The notes: generated from the sequence alone by a model not told the origin. A stretch of DNA of 64,000 nt from an uncultured Actinomycetes bacterium (GCA_963697875.1 OY969099.1:2793234-2857233); one strand, 5' to 3'. Counted from the first letter of the stretch, positions 1 through 9,834 are shown. Numbers and translations are program-made.

Positions 1-782
1 ACACGCGCGCCGCGCATGGCCTTGATCTCGACCACGGCCGAGTGCAACGAGTCGCTCGTGTAGATCGGCGCCGAGCATCCCTCGACGTAGTGCACGTACG
101 AGCCCTCGTCGGCGATGATCAGCGTGCGCTCGAACTGCCCCATGTTCTCGGCGTTGATCCGGAAGTACGCCTGCAGCGGGATGTCGACGTGCACGCCCGG
201 CGGCACGTAGATGAACGACCCGCCCGACCAGACGGCGGTGTTCAGCGCCGCGAACTTGTTGTCGTTCGACGGGATCAGCGTGCCGAAGTGCTCCTTGACC
301 AGGTCGGGGTAGAGCCGCACCGCCGAGTCCATGTCGGTGAACAGGACGCCCATCGACTCGAGCTCGTCCTTGATCTTGTGGTAGACGACCTCGCTCTCGT
401 ACTGCGCGCTGACGCCACCGAGGTACTTCTTCTCGGCCTCGGGGATCCCGAGCTTGTCCCACGTGCCTCGGATGTCCTCCGGCAGGTCTTCCCAGCTCTG
501 GGCCTGTTTCTCGGTGGACCGGATGAAGTAGTAGATGTTGTCGAAGTCGATGCCGGACAGGTCGGCACCCCACCACGGCATCGGGCGTGCCTCGAAGTGC
601 TTCAACGCCTTCAGGCGGTACTTCCGCATCCAGTCCGGCTCGTCCTTGAGCGCCGAGATCTCCTCGACGACGGCGGGCGACAGCCCGCGTTTGGGCGTGA
701 AGACCGAATGCTCCGGATCCTTCCAGTCGAACCGGTAGCCCTTGCTGAGCTCCCTCAGGTGTTCTTCCTGGCTGACGGCCAC
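1..782 (-). CDS. sufB: Fe-S cluster assembly protein SufB, N-terminal about 260 aa; the gene runs off the left edge of the window
   Basis: The reverse-strand translation reads ...[116 protein letters not shown]...[61 protein letters not shown]. This matches actinobacterial SufB nearly residue for residue. There is no stop before position 1, so the ORF is absent from the supplied track. The likely start is GTG at 782. Confidence 0.85.
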   Translation of the reverse strand, partial: MAVSQEEHLRELSKGYRFDWKDPEHSVFTPKRGLSPAVVEEISALKDEPDWMRKYRLKALKHFEARPMPWWGADLSGIDFDNIYYFIRSTEKQAQSWEDLPEDIRGTWDKLGIPEAEKKYLGGVSAQYESEVVYHKIKDELESMGVLFTDMDSAVRLYPDLVKEHFGTLIPSNDNKFAALNTAVWSGGSFIYVPPGVHVDIPLQAYFRINAENMGQFERTLIIADEGSYVHYVEGCSAPIYTSDSLHSAVVEIKAMRGAR

Positions 783-912
783 GACCTCATCCCTTTCGGA
801 TCCACGACGTCGGAACGCGAGCCGCGCTCGCGACCTGCTGAAAGTCTACCCGCCCGGTCGGATTCCGAACAGTCGGCCGCGCCTGGAAGCGCCCAGGGCG
901 TTGCGCCCTAGG

Positions 913-1794
913 CTATGCACCGAGCTCGACGGGCGCGCCGACGAGTGAGCCGTACTCGGTCCAGCTGCCGTCGTAGTTCTTGACCTCCGGATACCCGAGC
1001 AGCTCTTGCAGTGCGAACCAGGTGTGTGAGCTGCGCTCCCCGATCCGGCAGTAGGCGATGACCTCCTTGTCGGGGGTGATCCCCTCGCCCTCGTAGAGGG
1101 AGCGGAGCTCGTCCGCGGACTTGAAGGTACCGTCGTCGTTGGCGGCTTTCGCCCACGGGATGTTGGCCGCGCCGGCGATGTGACCCGGAACCTGCGACTG
1201 CTCCTGGGGGAGGTGGTCGGGAGCGAGCTTCTCCCCGCGGAACTCCTCGGGCGAGCGAACGTCGATGAAGCCCGTCCCCGATCCGACCTTGGCGAGCACG
1301 TCGTCGCGAAGCGCACGGATCTCCGAACGCTCGCCGCCCTCGAGCGTGAAGCCCGTGGGCTGGTGAGACTGGACGTCCTGCGTCAGCTCGCGGCTCTCGA
1401 GCTCCCACTTCTTGCGTCCACCGTTCAGCAACTTCACAGCGCCGAAGCCGCGGAGCTTCAACAGCCAATACGCGTAGGCCGCGAACCAGTTGTTGTTGCC
1501 GCCGTAGAGCACCACGGTGGTGCCCGGCCCGACCCCCGCATCGGACAGGAGCTTCGAGAACCCGGCCCGGTCGATGTAGTCGCGGCCCACCGGCGAGTGC
1601 AGATCGGTCGTCCAGTTCCACGCGGCAGCGCCGCTGATGTGGCCCTTCTCGTAGGCAGTCGTGTCCTCGTCGACCTCGATCACGCGGACCGAGGGATCGT
1701 CGAGGTGCTGCTCGAGCCACTCGGTCGACACGAGCACGTCAGGATTCGCGTAGTCACTCACGCTGTTGCCCTCCTCGCTGTAGCTCCAAGACAT
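913..1794 (-). CDS. thiosulfate/3-mercaptopyruvate sulfurtransferase with two tandem rhodanese domains (CysA/SseA family)
   Basis: The ORF 913..1827 matches mycobacterial CysA2 closely, including YGGNNNWFAAYAYW, HLPQEQSQ.PGHI.GA.N.PW and the active-site CRIGERSSHTW. The start is chosen at the second Met (MSWSY). Met 1827 is possible, and a GGCCGCC-CAA-GGCGGCC hairpin lies between the two. Confidence 0.85.
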   Translation of the reverse strand: MSWSYSEEGNSVSDYANPDVLVSTEWLEQHLDDPSVRVIEVDEDTTAYEKGHISGAAAWNWTTDLHSPVGRDYIDRAGFSKLLSDAGVGPGTTVVLYGGNNNWFAAYAYWLLKLRGFGAVKLLNGGRKKWELESRELTQDVQSHQPTGFTLEGGERSEIRALRDDVLAKVGSGTGFIDVRSPEEFRGEKLAPDHLPQEQSQVPGHIAGAANIPWAKAANDDGTFKSADELRSLYEGEGITPDKEVIAYCRIGERSSHTWFALQELLGYPEVKNYDGSWTEYGSLVGAPVELGA

Positions 1795-2024
1795 AAGAAC
1801 GGCCGCCCAAGGCGGCCGCTCGACCATGCATGGCTGGTTCGGATTACGTCGGCCGCTGCATCTGCCCTCGCGCGAGGGCCTGGGGCATCGGACAGCACAG
1901 ACGCGACGGGATCATCGCGCCGACGAGGCCGCGGCACCTGGTGCGGATCACGACTTCCCTACCTCCAGGGTCGGATTTGCAGATGCAATTCAAGCCACCT
2001 GGTCGCGATGCGTCAAGGGAGACC

Positions 2025-2387
2025 TCAGAAGATGCCGAGCGCCGCCTTCGCCTCGTCCGACATCAGCTCGGGGCTCCACGGCGGACGGAGCACCAGCTCG
2101 GGCCGGATCTCTCCGATCCCGTCGATCGGCGCGAGGAAGGCACGGATCTGGTCCTCGATCAGCGGGCCGATCGGGCAGCCCATGGTGGTGAGCGTGTACT
2201 CGATGTCCACGTCGCCGTTGTCCTGGACCGCGATGTCGTAGACGAGCCCGAGATCGACGATGTTGATGCCGAGCTCCGGGTCGTAGACCTGCTTGAGAGC
2301 CTCCTCGACCCGCTCCCTCGTCACGCCTTCGTCCTGGCCGGTGGTCTGGTCCTCGATCGCGACATCCTTCTCGTCCATCTCCACCAT
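2025..2387 (-). CDS. sufT: SufT/DUF59 (MIP18-family) Fe-S assembly protein
   Basis: The C-terminal 110 aa of ORF 2025..2711, [56 protein letters not shown]...[19 protein letters not shown], match Rv1466-like SufT. The upstream part of the ORF is antisense noise. The start is ATG 2387, or 2378 which has a GAGG 8 nt upstream. Confidence 0.8.
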   Translation of the reverse strand: MVEMDEKDVAIEDQTTGQDEGVTRERVEEALKQVYDPELGINIVDLGLVYDIAVQDNGDVDIEYTLTTMGCPIGPLIEDQIRAFLAPIDGIGEIRPELVLRPPWSPELMSDEAKAALGIF

Positions 2388-2457
2388 CCATCCTCGCGCG
2401 GGCATATCCTTAGGCACCAAGGTTACCTGCCCGAACCTGAACGAGGTGCCGAACCGG

Positions 2458-3102
2458 ATGTCCTCCATCCGCGCCATGATCGTCGACGACCACCCTGTGA
2501 CCCGCGAGGGGCTTCGAACCGCGCTCGAGTTCTCCGACGAGACGGTCGTGGTGGTGGGTGAGGCCGCCAGCGGCGAGGAGGCGGTCGAGCGCGCCCGAGA
2601 GCTTATGCCCGACGTGGTGTTCATGGACGTGCGGATGCCGGGGATGGACGGCATCGAGGCGACCCGACGGATCCGCGAGGCGTCGCCGGAGACGAAGGTC
2701 ATCCTGATCACGATCGACGAGTCGCGAGGAGCGATCTCCGAGGCGATCCAGGCCGGCGTCTCGGGCTACCTCCTGAAGGACGCCTCCCCCGACGCCCTGA
2801 TCGACGCCGCACGGAACGCGGTCGAAGGAAACGCCGTGATCCACCCGCAGCTCGCGAAGACGTTCATCGAGGAGGCCCAAGCGGTCTCCGGCGACGAGCC
2901 CCGGCAGGCGCCCTTGTCCAAGCGCGAGCGCGAGATCCTGCAGAAGGTCGCCGACGGTTCCACGACCCGGCAGGTGGCCAACGAGCTCGGGATCTCGCCG
3001 CACACCGTCAAGACGCACCTCGAGCGGATCTTCGAGAAGCTTGGGGCCAACGACCGGGCGCAGGCGGTCGCGATCGCCATCCGCACCGGGATCGTCCACT
3101 GA
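2458..3102 (+). CDS. two-component response regulator, NarL/FixJ (LuxR HTH) family
   Basis: [19 protein letters not shown]...[20 protein letters not shown]... is a receiver domain. The C-terminal [44 protein letters not shown] is a LuxR-type HTH. GAGGTG lies about 12 nt upstream of ATG 2458. Confidence 0.85.
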   Translation: MSSIRAMIVDDHPVTREGLRTALEFSDETVVVVGEAASGEEAVERARELMPDVVFMDVRMPGMDGIEATRRIREASPETKVILITIDESRGAISEAIQAGVSGYLLKDASPDALIDAARNAVEGNAVIHPQLAKTFIEEAQAVSGDEPRQAPLSKREREILQKVADGSTTRQVANELGISPHTVKTHLERIFEKLGANDRAQAVAIAIRTGIVH

Positions 3103-3168
3103 GTCATTGAGTCGTCCGTTCGGCCTCCCCCGCTCAACCCGGCCGAGCCTCGGCCGATACGCGTAGAG

Positions 3169-4365
3169 ATGGTGTCCAACGTGCTGCTCTGCGACACGAC
3201 CGACGAGATCGCGAGCCTCCAGTACCACCTGCTCCGCGAGGCCCCGGATCTCCTGGTCGAGGTCACCACGGACGCGTTCCGAGCCGTGGAGTCGGCGGCG
3301 CGGGTGCGCCCCGACGTCGTGGTGTGCGATCTCGAGCTCGAAGGGCTCGGGGGCGCGGAGCTCGTCCGGCGGCTCGTCACGGCCTCGCCCGGCTCGCGGG
3401 TGATCGCCCGCTCGGCGAGCCCGGACCCGGGAAGGATCGCCGAGACGCTCGCAGCAGGCGCCTCCGGCTACCTGTTGAAGGACGAGGGGTCCGAACCGGT
3501 GATCGCCGCCGTGCGAGCCGCGCTCGGTGGGAGCGTCGCCCTCAGTCCCGCCGCGGCCGGCCTGCTGGGAGACGAGGTCGCGCGCACCGTCGTTCGGGCC
3601 CGCGAGCTCGAGGACGAGCTCGCGCGGCTGCGCGACGACGTCAGCCAGGGCACCTCGGCCAAGGCCGACTTTCTCGCCAACATCTCGCACGAGCTCCGCA
3701 CCCCCGTCACGGTCGCCAAGGGCATCGCCTACGTGCTGCGCAACCCGAGCGTGCCCGAGGCCGAGCGCATCCAGTTCCTGGAACAGCTCCAGGCCTCCCT
3801 CGACAAGTTGATGGCCATCGTCGACGAGATCATCACGATCGCCGAGCTGGAACGCGGAACCTTCGAACTCGAGGTGACGGAGACCGACCTGGCACCGCTC
3901 GTGCGCCACGCGCTCGACGAGGTGGGGCGTCAGTACCCGTCGATCCCGATCGACGCCGAGGTGCCCGACGAGCTGCTGGCGATCGCCGACGCCTCGCGCG
4001 TGGGCGGAGTCGTCCGTGAGCTGCTCGACAACGCGTGCCGGTACTCTCCCGCAGGGTGCTCGGTGGATCTCGTCGCGCGGAACCTCGAAGAGGGCGTGGT
4101 CGTCGGGATCGCCGACCGGGGCGAGGGTCTCGACCGAGCGGTCGCGATGCAGGCGTTCGAGCAGCCGTTCTCGACCGGCGAGGCAACCCTGCGCAAGGAG
4201 AAGGCGGGGGTCGGCGTCGGGCTGCACCTGGCGCGGCAGATCGTCGTCGAGCACGGCGGGGTCATGTGGGCCGACCCCCTCCCGGGAGGGGGGACCCGCG
4301 TCTCTTTCTGCATCCCTTCCCACGAGGGCGAACGCCTTGCGGCGCCGCCCCTCGGGGCCGCCTGA
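3169..4365 (+). CDS. soluble hybrid sensor histidine kinase (N-terminal receiver-like domain, HisKA, HATPase_c; no TM segment)
   Basis: The N-terminus (VLLCDTTDE...VVVCDLELEGLGGAEL) resembles a REC domain. It is followed by an H-box FLANISHELRTPV and by N/G1/G2 boxes (VRELLDNACRYS, GIADRGEGL, GVGVGLHLARQIVVEHGG). No hydrophobic segments are present. Confidence 0.8.
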   Translation: MVSNVLLCDTTDEIASLQYHLLREAPDLLVEVTTDAFRAVESAARVRPDVVVCDLELEGLGGAELVRRLVTASPGSRVIARSASPDPGRIAETLAAGASGYLLKDEGSEPVIAAVRAALGGSVALSPAAAGLLGDEVARTVVRARELEDELARLRDDVSQGTSAKADFLANISHELRTPVTVAKGIAYVLRNPSVPEAERIQFLEQLQASLDKLMAIVDEIITIAELERGTFELEVTETDLAPLVRHALDEVGRQYPSIPIDAEVPDELLAIADASRVGGVVRELLDNACRYSPAGCSVDLVARNLEEGVVVGIADRGEGLDRAVAMQAFEQPFSTGEATLRKEKAGVGVGLHLARQIVVEHGGVMWADPLPGGGTRVSFCIPSHEGERLAAPPLGAA

Positions 4366-4434
4366 GAGCTCGGAGGCCGATCGCGCGGGCTGGCGTCTCT
4401 GGGGGAGGGGGCGTATCCTCCGCCGGGAAAGCCG

Positions 4435-5142
4435 GTGCGAAGCGTCTTGCTCGGGTTCATCATGATGGTGGCGGCAGCGAGTTGCGCCGCAGCTGATCTA
4501 CAACCCCTGTCGCGACCCGAAGCGGCAGTGCAGATCCGGCCGACGGCGTCACCCTACGTCCATGTGGACGCCGGGGATGTTCACGCTCTCGTGCCGCACG
4601 GATGGCAAGCGGTCCTCGCAACCGGTGACGGGGTCCGAGAGGGGTTCGTGGCCTCACCTAGCCCGACCCGGTGGCGGGCATTCGACGGCGAGACCTACGG
4701 CATGGCCGCCACCTGGATCGACGCGACCCGGGTGGGGGTGCCGAGCGACTTCTACTACCTGGCCGCGACCGGGCCCCTCCTCTCGCGGCTGACATCCACC
4801 CCCGGGTGCACGATGCAGGAGCAGCGGGTCTTCGCGAACCACGTCCCCTCCTACGTCGCATCGGGCTCGGCCGGATCCGCGGGCGACTACGTGGCGCGGG
4901 GCGAAGGCGTCTGCACGAGCGCGAACCATCCGGCGACGCGATGGTCGTACTTCGTGGCCGCGCCGGGCTTCGGGCCGGCGCGGAGCATCGGCATCCCGAG
5001 CTCGGGGCTGTACCTGGTCGTCGCGATGACGCGGGAGTCGCCGAGAGCCCACCGTATCCTCGACCGGTTGCTCGGAAGCATCCGGTTCGGCACGGCCGGG
5101 ATCGTCGACTTCACACACGCCGTCCGTCACCCGACCGTCTGA
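4435..5142 (+). CDS. hypothetical secreted protein with an N-terminal signal peptide
   Basis: MRSVLLGFIMMVAAASCAAADL is a signal-peptide-like N-terminus. No recognisable catalytic motif is present. The composition is ordinary and non-repetitive, and the ORF fills an otherwise empty 0.7 kb gap. Confidence 0.45.
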   Translation: MRSVLLGFIMMVAAASCAAADLQPLSRPEAAVQIRPTASPYVHVDAGDVHALVPHGWQAVLATGDGVREGFVASPSPTRWRAFDGETYGMAATWIDATRVGVPSDFYYLAATGPLLSRLTSTPGCTMQEQRVFANHVPSYVASGSAGSAGDYVARGEGVCTSANHPATRWSYFVAAPGFGPARSIGIPSSGLYLVVAMTRESPRAHRILDRLLGSIRFGTAGIVDFTHAVRHPTV

Positions 5143-5149
5143 GCCGGGT

Positions 5150-6259
5150 TCAGCGCGGGTTGCGATCCACGAACGGCGGACGCACGACCGTCGCCGCCCC
5201 ACGCCTTCCCCGGATGTCCACCTCAACCTCGGCCCCGAGCGCGGCGATGTCGGCCGGCCACAGGTACCCGAGCCCGATCCCCGTCTGCAGCAGCGGGCTG
5301 AAGGTCTCGCTCGTCACCTCGCCGATCAGCTGGTCGGCCACGAGGACCGGGCAGTGGGCGCGAGGGATGTGTCGCCGGTCGTGCATCCGCAGACCGCGGA
5401 GCAGGCTCGGCAGACCCTCGTCGCGCTGGCGCATCAGGGCGTCACGACCGCGGAAGTCGCCCTTCTCGAACGACACGGCCCAGCTCAGGCCGGCTTCCAG
5501 CGCGGTCGAGGATTCGAACAGGTCCTGCCCGTAGAGCGGATAGCCCATCTCGAGCCGGAGGATGTCTCTGGCAGCTAGCGCACAGGGCCGTCCGTCGAAC
5601 GCCGACGCCGCGGTCATCAGGTCGCGCCAGAGGTCGACCGCGACGTCCTGGTACGTGAACAGCTCGTACCCGAGCTCCCCCGTATAGCCCGACCGCGTGA
5701 CGATCACCGGTCGGCGGCGGTACTCCGACTCCTCGCATTGCATGAACCCGAGGTCGGAGGACTCAGGGAACAGCGCGGACACGACATGGGCCGAGTCCGG
5801 CCCCTGGACCGCGAGGAAGCACCAGTCCTGGTGGTACATGAGATGGACGGGCGCGTCGGTGTCAGCGTCGGCGAGGAGCTGAAGCACGCGTTGCGTGTTC
5901 GACGCGTTGGGGACCACGAAGAAGCGCTCGTCGCCGAGGCGGTAGACGATCAGGTCCTCGATCACGCCGCCGCCCTCGTTCAGCACGAGGTTGTACTGCG
6001 CTTCCCCCACCGCGACCGTGCCGACGTCGTTCGTGATCAACCCCTGCAGCAGCCCGAGCGCGCCGGAACCGACGACCTCCACCTTTCCCAGATGGGTCAG
6101 ATCGAACAAGCCGACGCGCTCGCGGACGGCTCGGTGCTCGGCGAGCGCGCCCTCGTACTCGATCGGCATGAGCCAGCCCGCGAACGCGCCCAGCTTCGCG
6201 CCGAGCGAGCGGTGTTCCGCCTCCAGCGGCGTGCGCCTGAGCTCAACCGGCTCGTCCAT
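5150..6259 (-). CDS. gcvT: glycine cleavage system T protein (aminomethyltransferase)
   Basis: RRTPLEAEHRSLGAKLGAFAGWLMPIEYEGALAEHRAVRERVGLFDLTHLGKVEV...YTGELGYELF are GcvT hallmarks. Three in-frame ATGs occur at 6277, 6268 and 6259. The 6259 start (MDEPVEL) has AGGA 8 nt upstream. Confidence 0.85.
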   Translation of the reverse strand: MDEPVELRRTPLEAEHRSLGAKLGAFAGWLMPIEYEGALAEHRAVRERVGLFDLTHLGKVEVVGSGALGLLQGLITNDVGTVAVGEAQYNLVLNEGGGVIEDLIVYRLGDERFFVVPNASNTQRVLQLLADADTDAPVHLMYHQDWCFLAVQGPDSAHVVSALFPESSDLGFMQCEESEYRRRPVIVTRSGYTGELGYELFTYQDVAVDLWRDLMTAASAFDGRPCALAARDILRLEMGYPLYGQDLFESSTALEAGLSWAVSFEKGDFRGRDALMRQRDEGLPSLLRGLRMHDRRHIPRAHCPVLVADQLIGEVTSETFSPLLQTGIGLGYLWPADIAALGAEVEVDIRGRRGAATVVRPPFVDRNPR

Positions 6260-6322
6260 CGACAGCATCCTATGCATCGCCTTCGGGCGTGTCGGACGAG
6301 CGTGGGTAGACTGGCATTCCGT

Positions 6323-7702
6323 ATGGCCGATGCATACGACGTCGTCGTTGTCGGCGCCGGCACGGGGGGCTACTCGACGGCCCTGCGTGCTGCGCAGCTG
6401 GCCAAGCGCGTTGCCATCGTGGAGAAGGACGAGCGGCTCGGTGGCACCTGTCTGCTGCGCGGTTGCATCCCGACGAAGGCGCTCCTGCAGTCCGCCGCCG
6501 TCCTCGACACCGTGAACCGCGCGACCGAGTGGGGCGTGAAGGCGAGCGGCGAGCCCGACTGGGACGCCGTCAAGGCCTTCGAGGACAAGGTCGTCGACAA
6601 GCTCGTCACCGGTCTGACGGGCGTGATCAAGCAGCGACAGATCGACGTGATCGCCGGCACCGCCACCCTCCTCGAGGGTCCCGCGGTGGAGGTCGACGGG
6701 CGCCGCGTCGAGGCGGGCGACGTCGTGATCGCATCCGGCTCGCGTCCCAAGCTGCTCCCGGGCGTGCAGGTCACCGACCGGATCATCACGAGCGACCAGG
6801 CTCTCTGGTACGAGCGGATCCCCGCCTCGGCCGTCGTGATCGGGGCCGGCGCGGTCGGGCTCGAGTTCGCCTCCCTCTACCGGTCGTTCGGGGCCGACGT
6901 GACGCTGCTCGAGGCGTTGCCGCGGCTCGCGCCGCTCGAAGACGACGAGGTGTCGAAAGAGATCGGTCGAGCGTTCCGCAAGCGAGGCATCACCAGCGAT
7001 GCCGGGGCCTCAGTCCAGACGATCGCCGACAACGGCGAGACCGTCGACGTCACCTACGAGGTCGGCGGGAAGACGCAGACGGTCAACGCCGAGGTCTGCC
7101 TGGTGGCGGTCGGACGTGGGCCGGTCACCGACGACCTCGGGCTGGAGGCCGCGGGCGTCACGCTGCACCAGAAGGGCTTCGTCGACGTCGACGGACAGCT
7201 CCGTACCAGCGCCCCACACGTGTGGGCCGTGGGCGACGTCGCCGCGACGCCGCTTCAGCTGGCGCACGTCTCGTTCACCGAAGGCATCGCCGTCGCCGAG
7301 CGCATCGCCGGCATGCCCGTTCCCGACCTCGACTACGTGAACATCCCCCGCGTCACTTACTGCACCCCGGAGATCGCGAGCGTCGGGCTGACCGAGGCGC
7401 AGGCGCGCGAGCAGGGGCGCGAGGTCGTCGTCGAGAAGCTCGACTTCCGCGCGATCGGCAAGGCCAACATCGTCGGCGAGGGCGGGTTCGTGAAGGTGGT
7501 CGCCGAGCCCGACGGTCCGGTCGTCGGCATCCACATGATCGGGCCCCACGTCACCGACCTGATCGCCGAGGGCATGTTGATCACCAGCTGGGAGGCCACC
7601 GCGGCCGACGTCGCGGCGCTGATCCACCCGCATCCGTCCCTGTCCGAAGGTGTCGGTGAGGCGATGCTCGCGCTGGCCGGCAAGGCGCTGCACACCGTCT
7701 AG
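6323..7702 (+). CDS. lpdA: dihydrolipoyl (lipoamide) dehydrogenase, E3 component and L-protein
   Basis: MADAYDVVVVGAGTGGYSTALRAAQLAKRVAIVEKDERLGGTCLLRGCIPTK carries the FAD fold and the redox-active CLLRGC disulfide. The C-terminal HPHPSLSE interface motif is present. The ORF is in frame within the longer track ORF 5738..7702. Confidence 0.9.
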   Translation: MADAYDVVVVGAGTGGYSTALRAAQLAKRVAIVEKDERLGGTCLLRGCIPTKALLQSAAVLDTVNRATEWGVKASGEPDWDAVKAFEDKVVDKLVTGLTGVIKQRQIDVIAGTATLLEGPAVEVDGRRVEAGDVVIASGSRPKLLPGVQVTDRIITSDQALWYERIPASAVVIGAGAVGLEFASLYRSFGADVTLLEALPRLAPLEDDEVSKEIGRAFRKRGITSDAGASVQTIADNGETVDVTYEVGGKTQTVNAEVCLVAVGRGPVTDDLGLEAAGVTLHQKGFVDVDGQLRTSAPHVWAVGDVAATPLQLAHVSFTEGIAVAERIAGMPVPDLDYVNIPRVTYCTPEIASVGLTEAQAREQGREVVVEKLDFRAIGKANIVGEGGFVKVVAEPDGPVVGIHMIGPHVTDLIAEGMLITSWEATAADVAALIHPHPSLSEGVGEAMLALAGKALHTV

Positions 7703-7713
7703 GGGGAAGGAAC

Positions 7714-8772
7714 GTGGCCACGAAGGTGCGACGTGAGGCGGATATGAGCGGTCGGCCGCTGCCGGACGATCGTCTCAAGGAGATCCTGCATCACCTCAAG
7801 CTCGCCCGGTACTTCGACGAGCGCATGGAGGCCCTCTACCGGCAGGGCCGCCTCCCCGGTGCCATCTACTCCGGGCGGGGTCAGGAAGGCACGCACGTCG
7901 GTGTCGCGTTCGCGCTCGAGAAGGACGACTCCCTCTTCCCGACGCATCGAGACCTGACCGCCCAGTTGACGAAGGGCCTCGACCTGAAGCGCGTCATGGC
8001 CCAGTACTGGGGTCGCATCGACGGCTACACGCGTGGCCGCGACGGCAACAGCCACATCGGCGACTGGTTCGGGAACCGCACGTTCACGGTGATCTCGCAC
8101 CTCCCGATCGCCTATCCGGTGGCCGTCGGTGCCGCGCTCGCGTACAAGCGATCGGGCGACCGTCGGGTGGCCATGGCGATCTGCGGCGACGGCTCCACCT
8201 CGAACGGACGCTGGCACGAGGCGATCAACGCGTCGGCGATCCATCGGCTGCCCGTGGTGTGGGTCGTGAACAACAATCAGTGGGCGTATTCGACGCCAAA
8301 CCCCCTCGAGTTCGCCGTGCCGACGATCGCGGAGCGGGCCGTCGCCTACGGCATCCCCGGGGTCCGGGTCGACGGCGGCAACGTGCTCGAGGTCTACGAG
8401 GCCGCACGCGAAGCCGTCGAGCGTGCGCGGGGCGGCGAGGGACCGACCCTGATCGAGTCGGTATCGCTCCGATGGCGCGGGCATGCAGGTCACGACCCCG
8501 CGAAGTACGTGCCCACCGAGATGCTCGAGCACTACATGGCCGAGAAGGACCCGGTCCGGAACTTCGAGGAGTACCTCCTGTCCGAAGGGGTCGTGACGAA
8601 GGAGGAGATCGCCGAGGTGCAGTCGGCCATCGAGAAGGAGTTCGACGAGGGCTACGAGTACGCGCTGGCGAGCCCGTTCCCCGAGCCGGGCGACGTCACG
8701 AAGGGCGTCTGGGTCGAGGACGGCTACTGGACGAGCGAGCCCGGCCGCGGCGGCGGCACGGAGGCCGGCTGA
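7714..8772 (+). CDS. 2-oxo acid (pyruvate or branched-chain) dehydrogenase E1 component, alpha subunit (ThDP-dependent)
   Basis: E1-alpha motifs are present: YRQGRLPGAIYSGRGQEGTHVG, GDGSTSNGRWHEAINASAIHRLPVVWVVNNNQWAYSTP, and RWRGHAGHDP (the phosphorylation loop with its His). A strong GGGGGAAGGAA SD precedes GTG 7714. Confidence 0.85.
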   Translation: MATKVRREADMSGRPLPDDRLKEILHHLKLARYFDERMEALYRQGRLPGAIYSGRGQEGTHVGVAFALEKDDSLFPTHRDLTAQLTKGLDLKRVMAQYWGRIDGYTRGRDGNSHIGDWFGNRTFTVISHLPIAYPVAVGAALAYKRSGDRRVAMAICGDGSTSNGRWHEAINASAIHRLPVVWVVNNNQWAYSTPNPLEFAVPTIAERAVAYGIPGVRVDGGNVLEVYEAAREAVERARGGEGPTLIESVSLRWRGHAGHDPAKYVPTEMLEHYMAEKDPVRNFEEYLLSEGVVTKEEIAEVQSAIEKEFDEGYEYALASPFPEPGDVTKGVWVEDGYWTSEPGRGGGTEAG

Positions 8773-9818
8773 TGGCAACGACCCAGGTGGAGGCGGGGGC
8801 AGCAGGTCATGGCGCGGAACCCCGCGGAAAGCGTACCGAGGACGGCCAGGCAACTTATCTGATCGCGATCGCCGAGGCGCTCTGGGAGGAGATGGAACGC
8901 GACGACCGCGTGTACATGCTGGGCGAGGACATCGGCGTCTACGGGGGGGCGTTCAAGGTCACCGAGGGCTTCATCGAACGCTTCGGCGCCGAGCGCGTGA
9001 TGGACACGCCGATCGCCGAGGAGACCATCGTGGGGATGGCGATCGGCTCGGCGATGGAGGGGTTCCGCCCGGTGGCAGAGTTCCAGTACGCCGACTTCAT
9101 GTCCAGCGGCTTCGACGAGATCACCACGGTACTCGCCCGCTATCACTACCGGAGCGGCGTGCCGCTGCCCGTCGTGCTGCGGGCTCCCTCGGGTGGCGGC
9201 GTCCGTGCTTCGTCCTTCCATTCCACGAACCCGGAGCCCTACTTCTCGCACCCGGGTGGCATCAAGGTCATCTGTCCCGCGTTCCCTGCCGATGCGAAGG
9301 GTCTGCTCAAGTCGGCGATCCGAGACGACAACCCGTGCCTGTTCCTCGAGCACAAGTGGATCTACCGCAGGGTGAAGGAGCAGGTGTCGGAGGAGCCGGA
9401 CTTCCTCGTGCCGATCGGCAGGGCGAACGTCCGCCGGGAGGGGACCGACGTCACGATCGTCAGCTACGGCGCCATGGTGCACAAGGCGCTCGAGGCCGCC
9501 GAGAACCTCGCACACCGCGGAACGTCGGCCGAGGTGGTCGATCTGCGCACGGTCTACCCGCTCGACGAAGAGACCGTGCTGCGCTCGATCGAGAAGACGT
9601 CGCGTGCCGTGGTGGTGTCCGAGTCGTACCGCTTCGGGGGGATCGCGGGTGAGGTCGTCGCTACGATCGCCGAGAAGGCGTTCGAGCACCTCGACGCCCC
9701 GGTCGAGCGGTTGTCTCCGCCGAACATCCCCGTCCCGTTCTCCCCGCCGTTGGAGGACGCGTTCCTGCCGCAGGTGGCCGACATCGAGGCGTCGGTCGAG
9801 CGGCTCTCGGCCTGGTGA
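8772..9818 (+). CDS. 2-oxo acid dehydrogenase E1 component, beta subunit
   Basis: ATG 8772 overlaps the alpha-subunit stop (TGATG). LIAIAEALWEEMERDDRVYMLGEDIGVYGGAFKVTEGF...VMDTPIAEETIVGMAIGSAMEGFRPVAEFQYADFM is a transketolase-like E1-beta. The sequence is in frame within track ORF 8259..9818. Confidence 0.88.
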   Translation: MATTQVEAGAAGHGAEPRGKRTEDGQATYLIAIAEALWEEMERDDRVYMLGEDIGVYGGAFKVTEGFIERFGAERVMDTPIAEETIVGMAIGSAMEGFRPVAEFQYADFMSSGFDEITTVLARYHYRSGVPLPVVLRAPSGGGVRASSFHSTNPEPYFSHPGGIKVICPAFPADAKGLLKSAIRDDNPCLFLEHKWIYRRVKEQVSEEPDFLVPIGRANVRREGTDVTIVSYGAMVHKALEAAENLAHRGTSAEVVDLRTVYPLDEETVLRSIEKTSRAVVVSESYRFGGIAGEVVATIAEKAFEHLDAPVERLSPPNIPVPFSPPLEDAFLPQVADIEASVERLSAW

Positions 9819-9834
9819 GATCGGAGGCTATGCC

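Noticed and set aside
42-911. 289-aa plus-strand ORF ([11 protein letters not shown]...)
   Set aside because: It is antisense to the clearly homologous sufB reading frame. The Arg/Val/Asp-rich low-complexity translation is typical of out-of-frame high-GC DNA.
1180-2241. 353-aa plus ORF overlapping the rhodanese and sufT region
   Set aside because: It is antisense to the well-supported rhodanese and sufT genes and has no motif.
2410-4323. 637-aa minus ORF spanning the RR and HK genes
   Set aside because: It is antisense to the response-regulator and histidine-kinase genes, with a Gly/Arg/Asp-rich composition.
6259-6323. Glycine riboswitch upstream of gcvT
   Set aside because: The divergent intergenic region is only about 60 bp. 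That is too short for even one glycine aptamer.
6463-7659. 398-aa plus ORF inside lpdA, plus the other overlapping ORFs on the track
   Set aside because: It is an alternative frame of lpdA with an extreme Arg/Gly composition.
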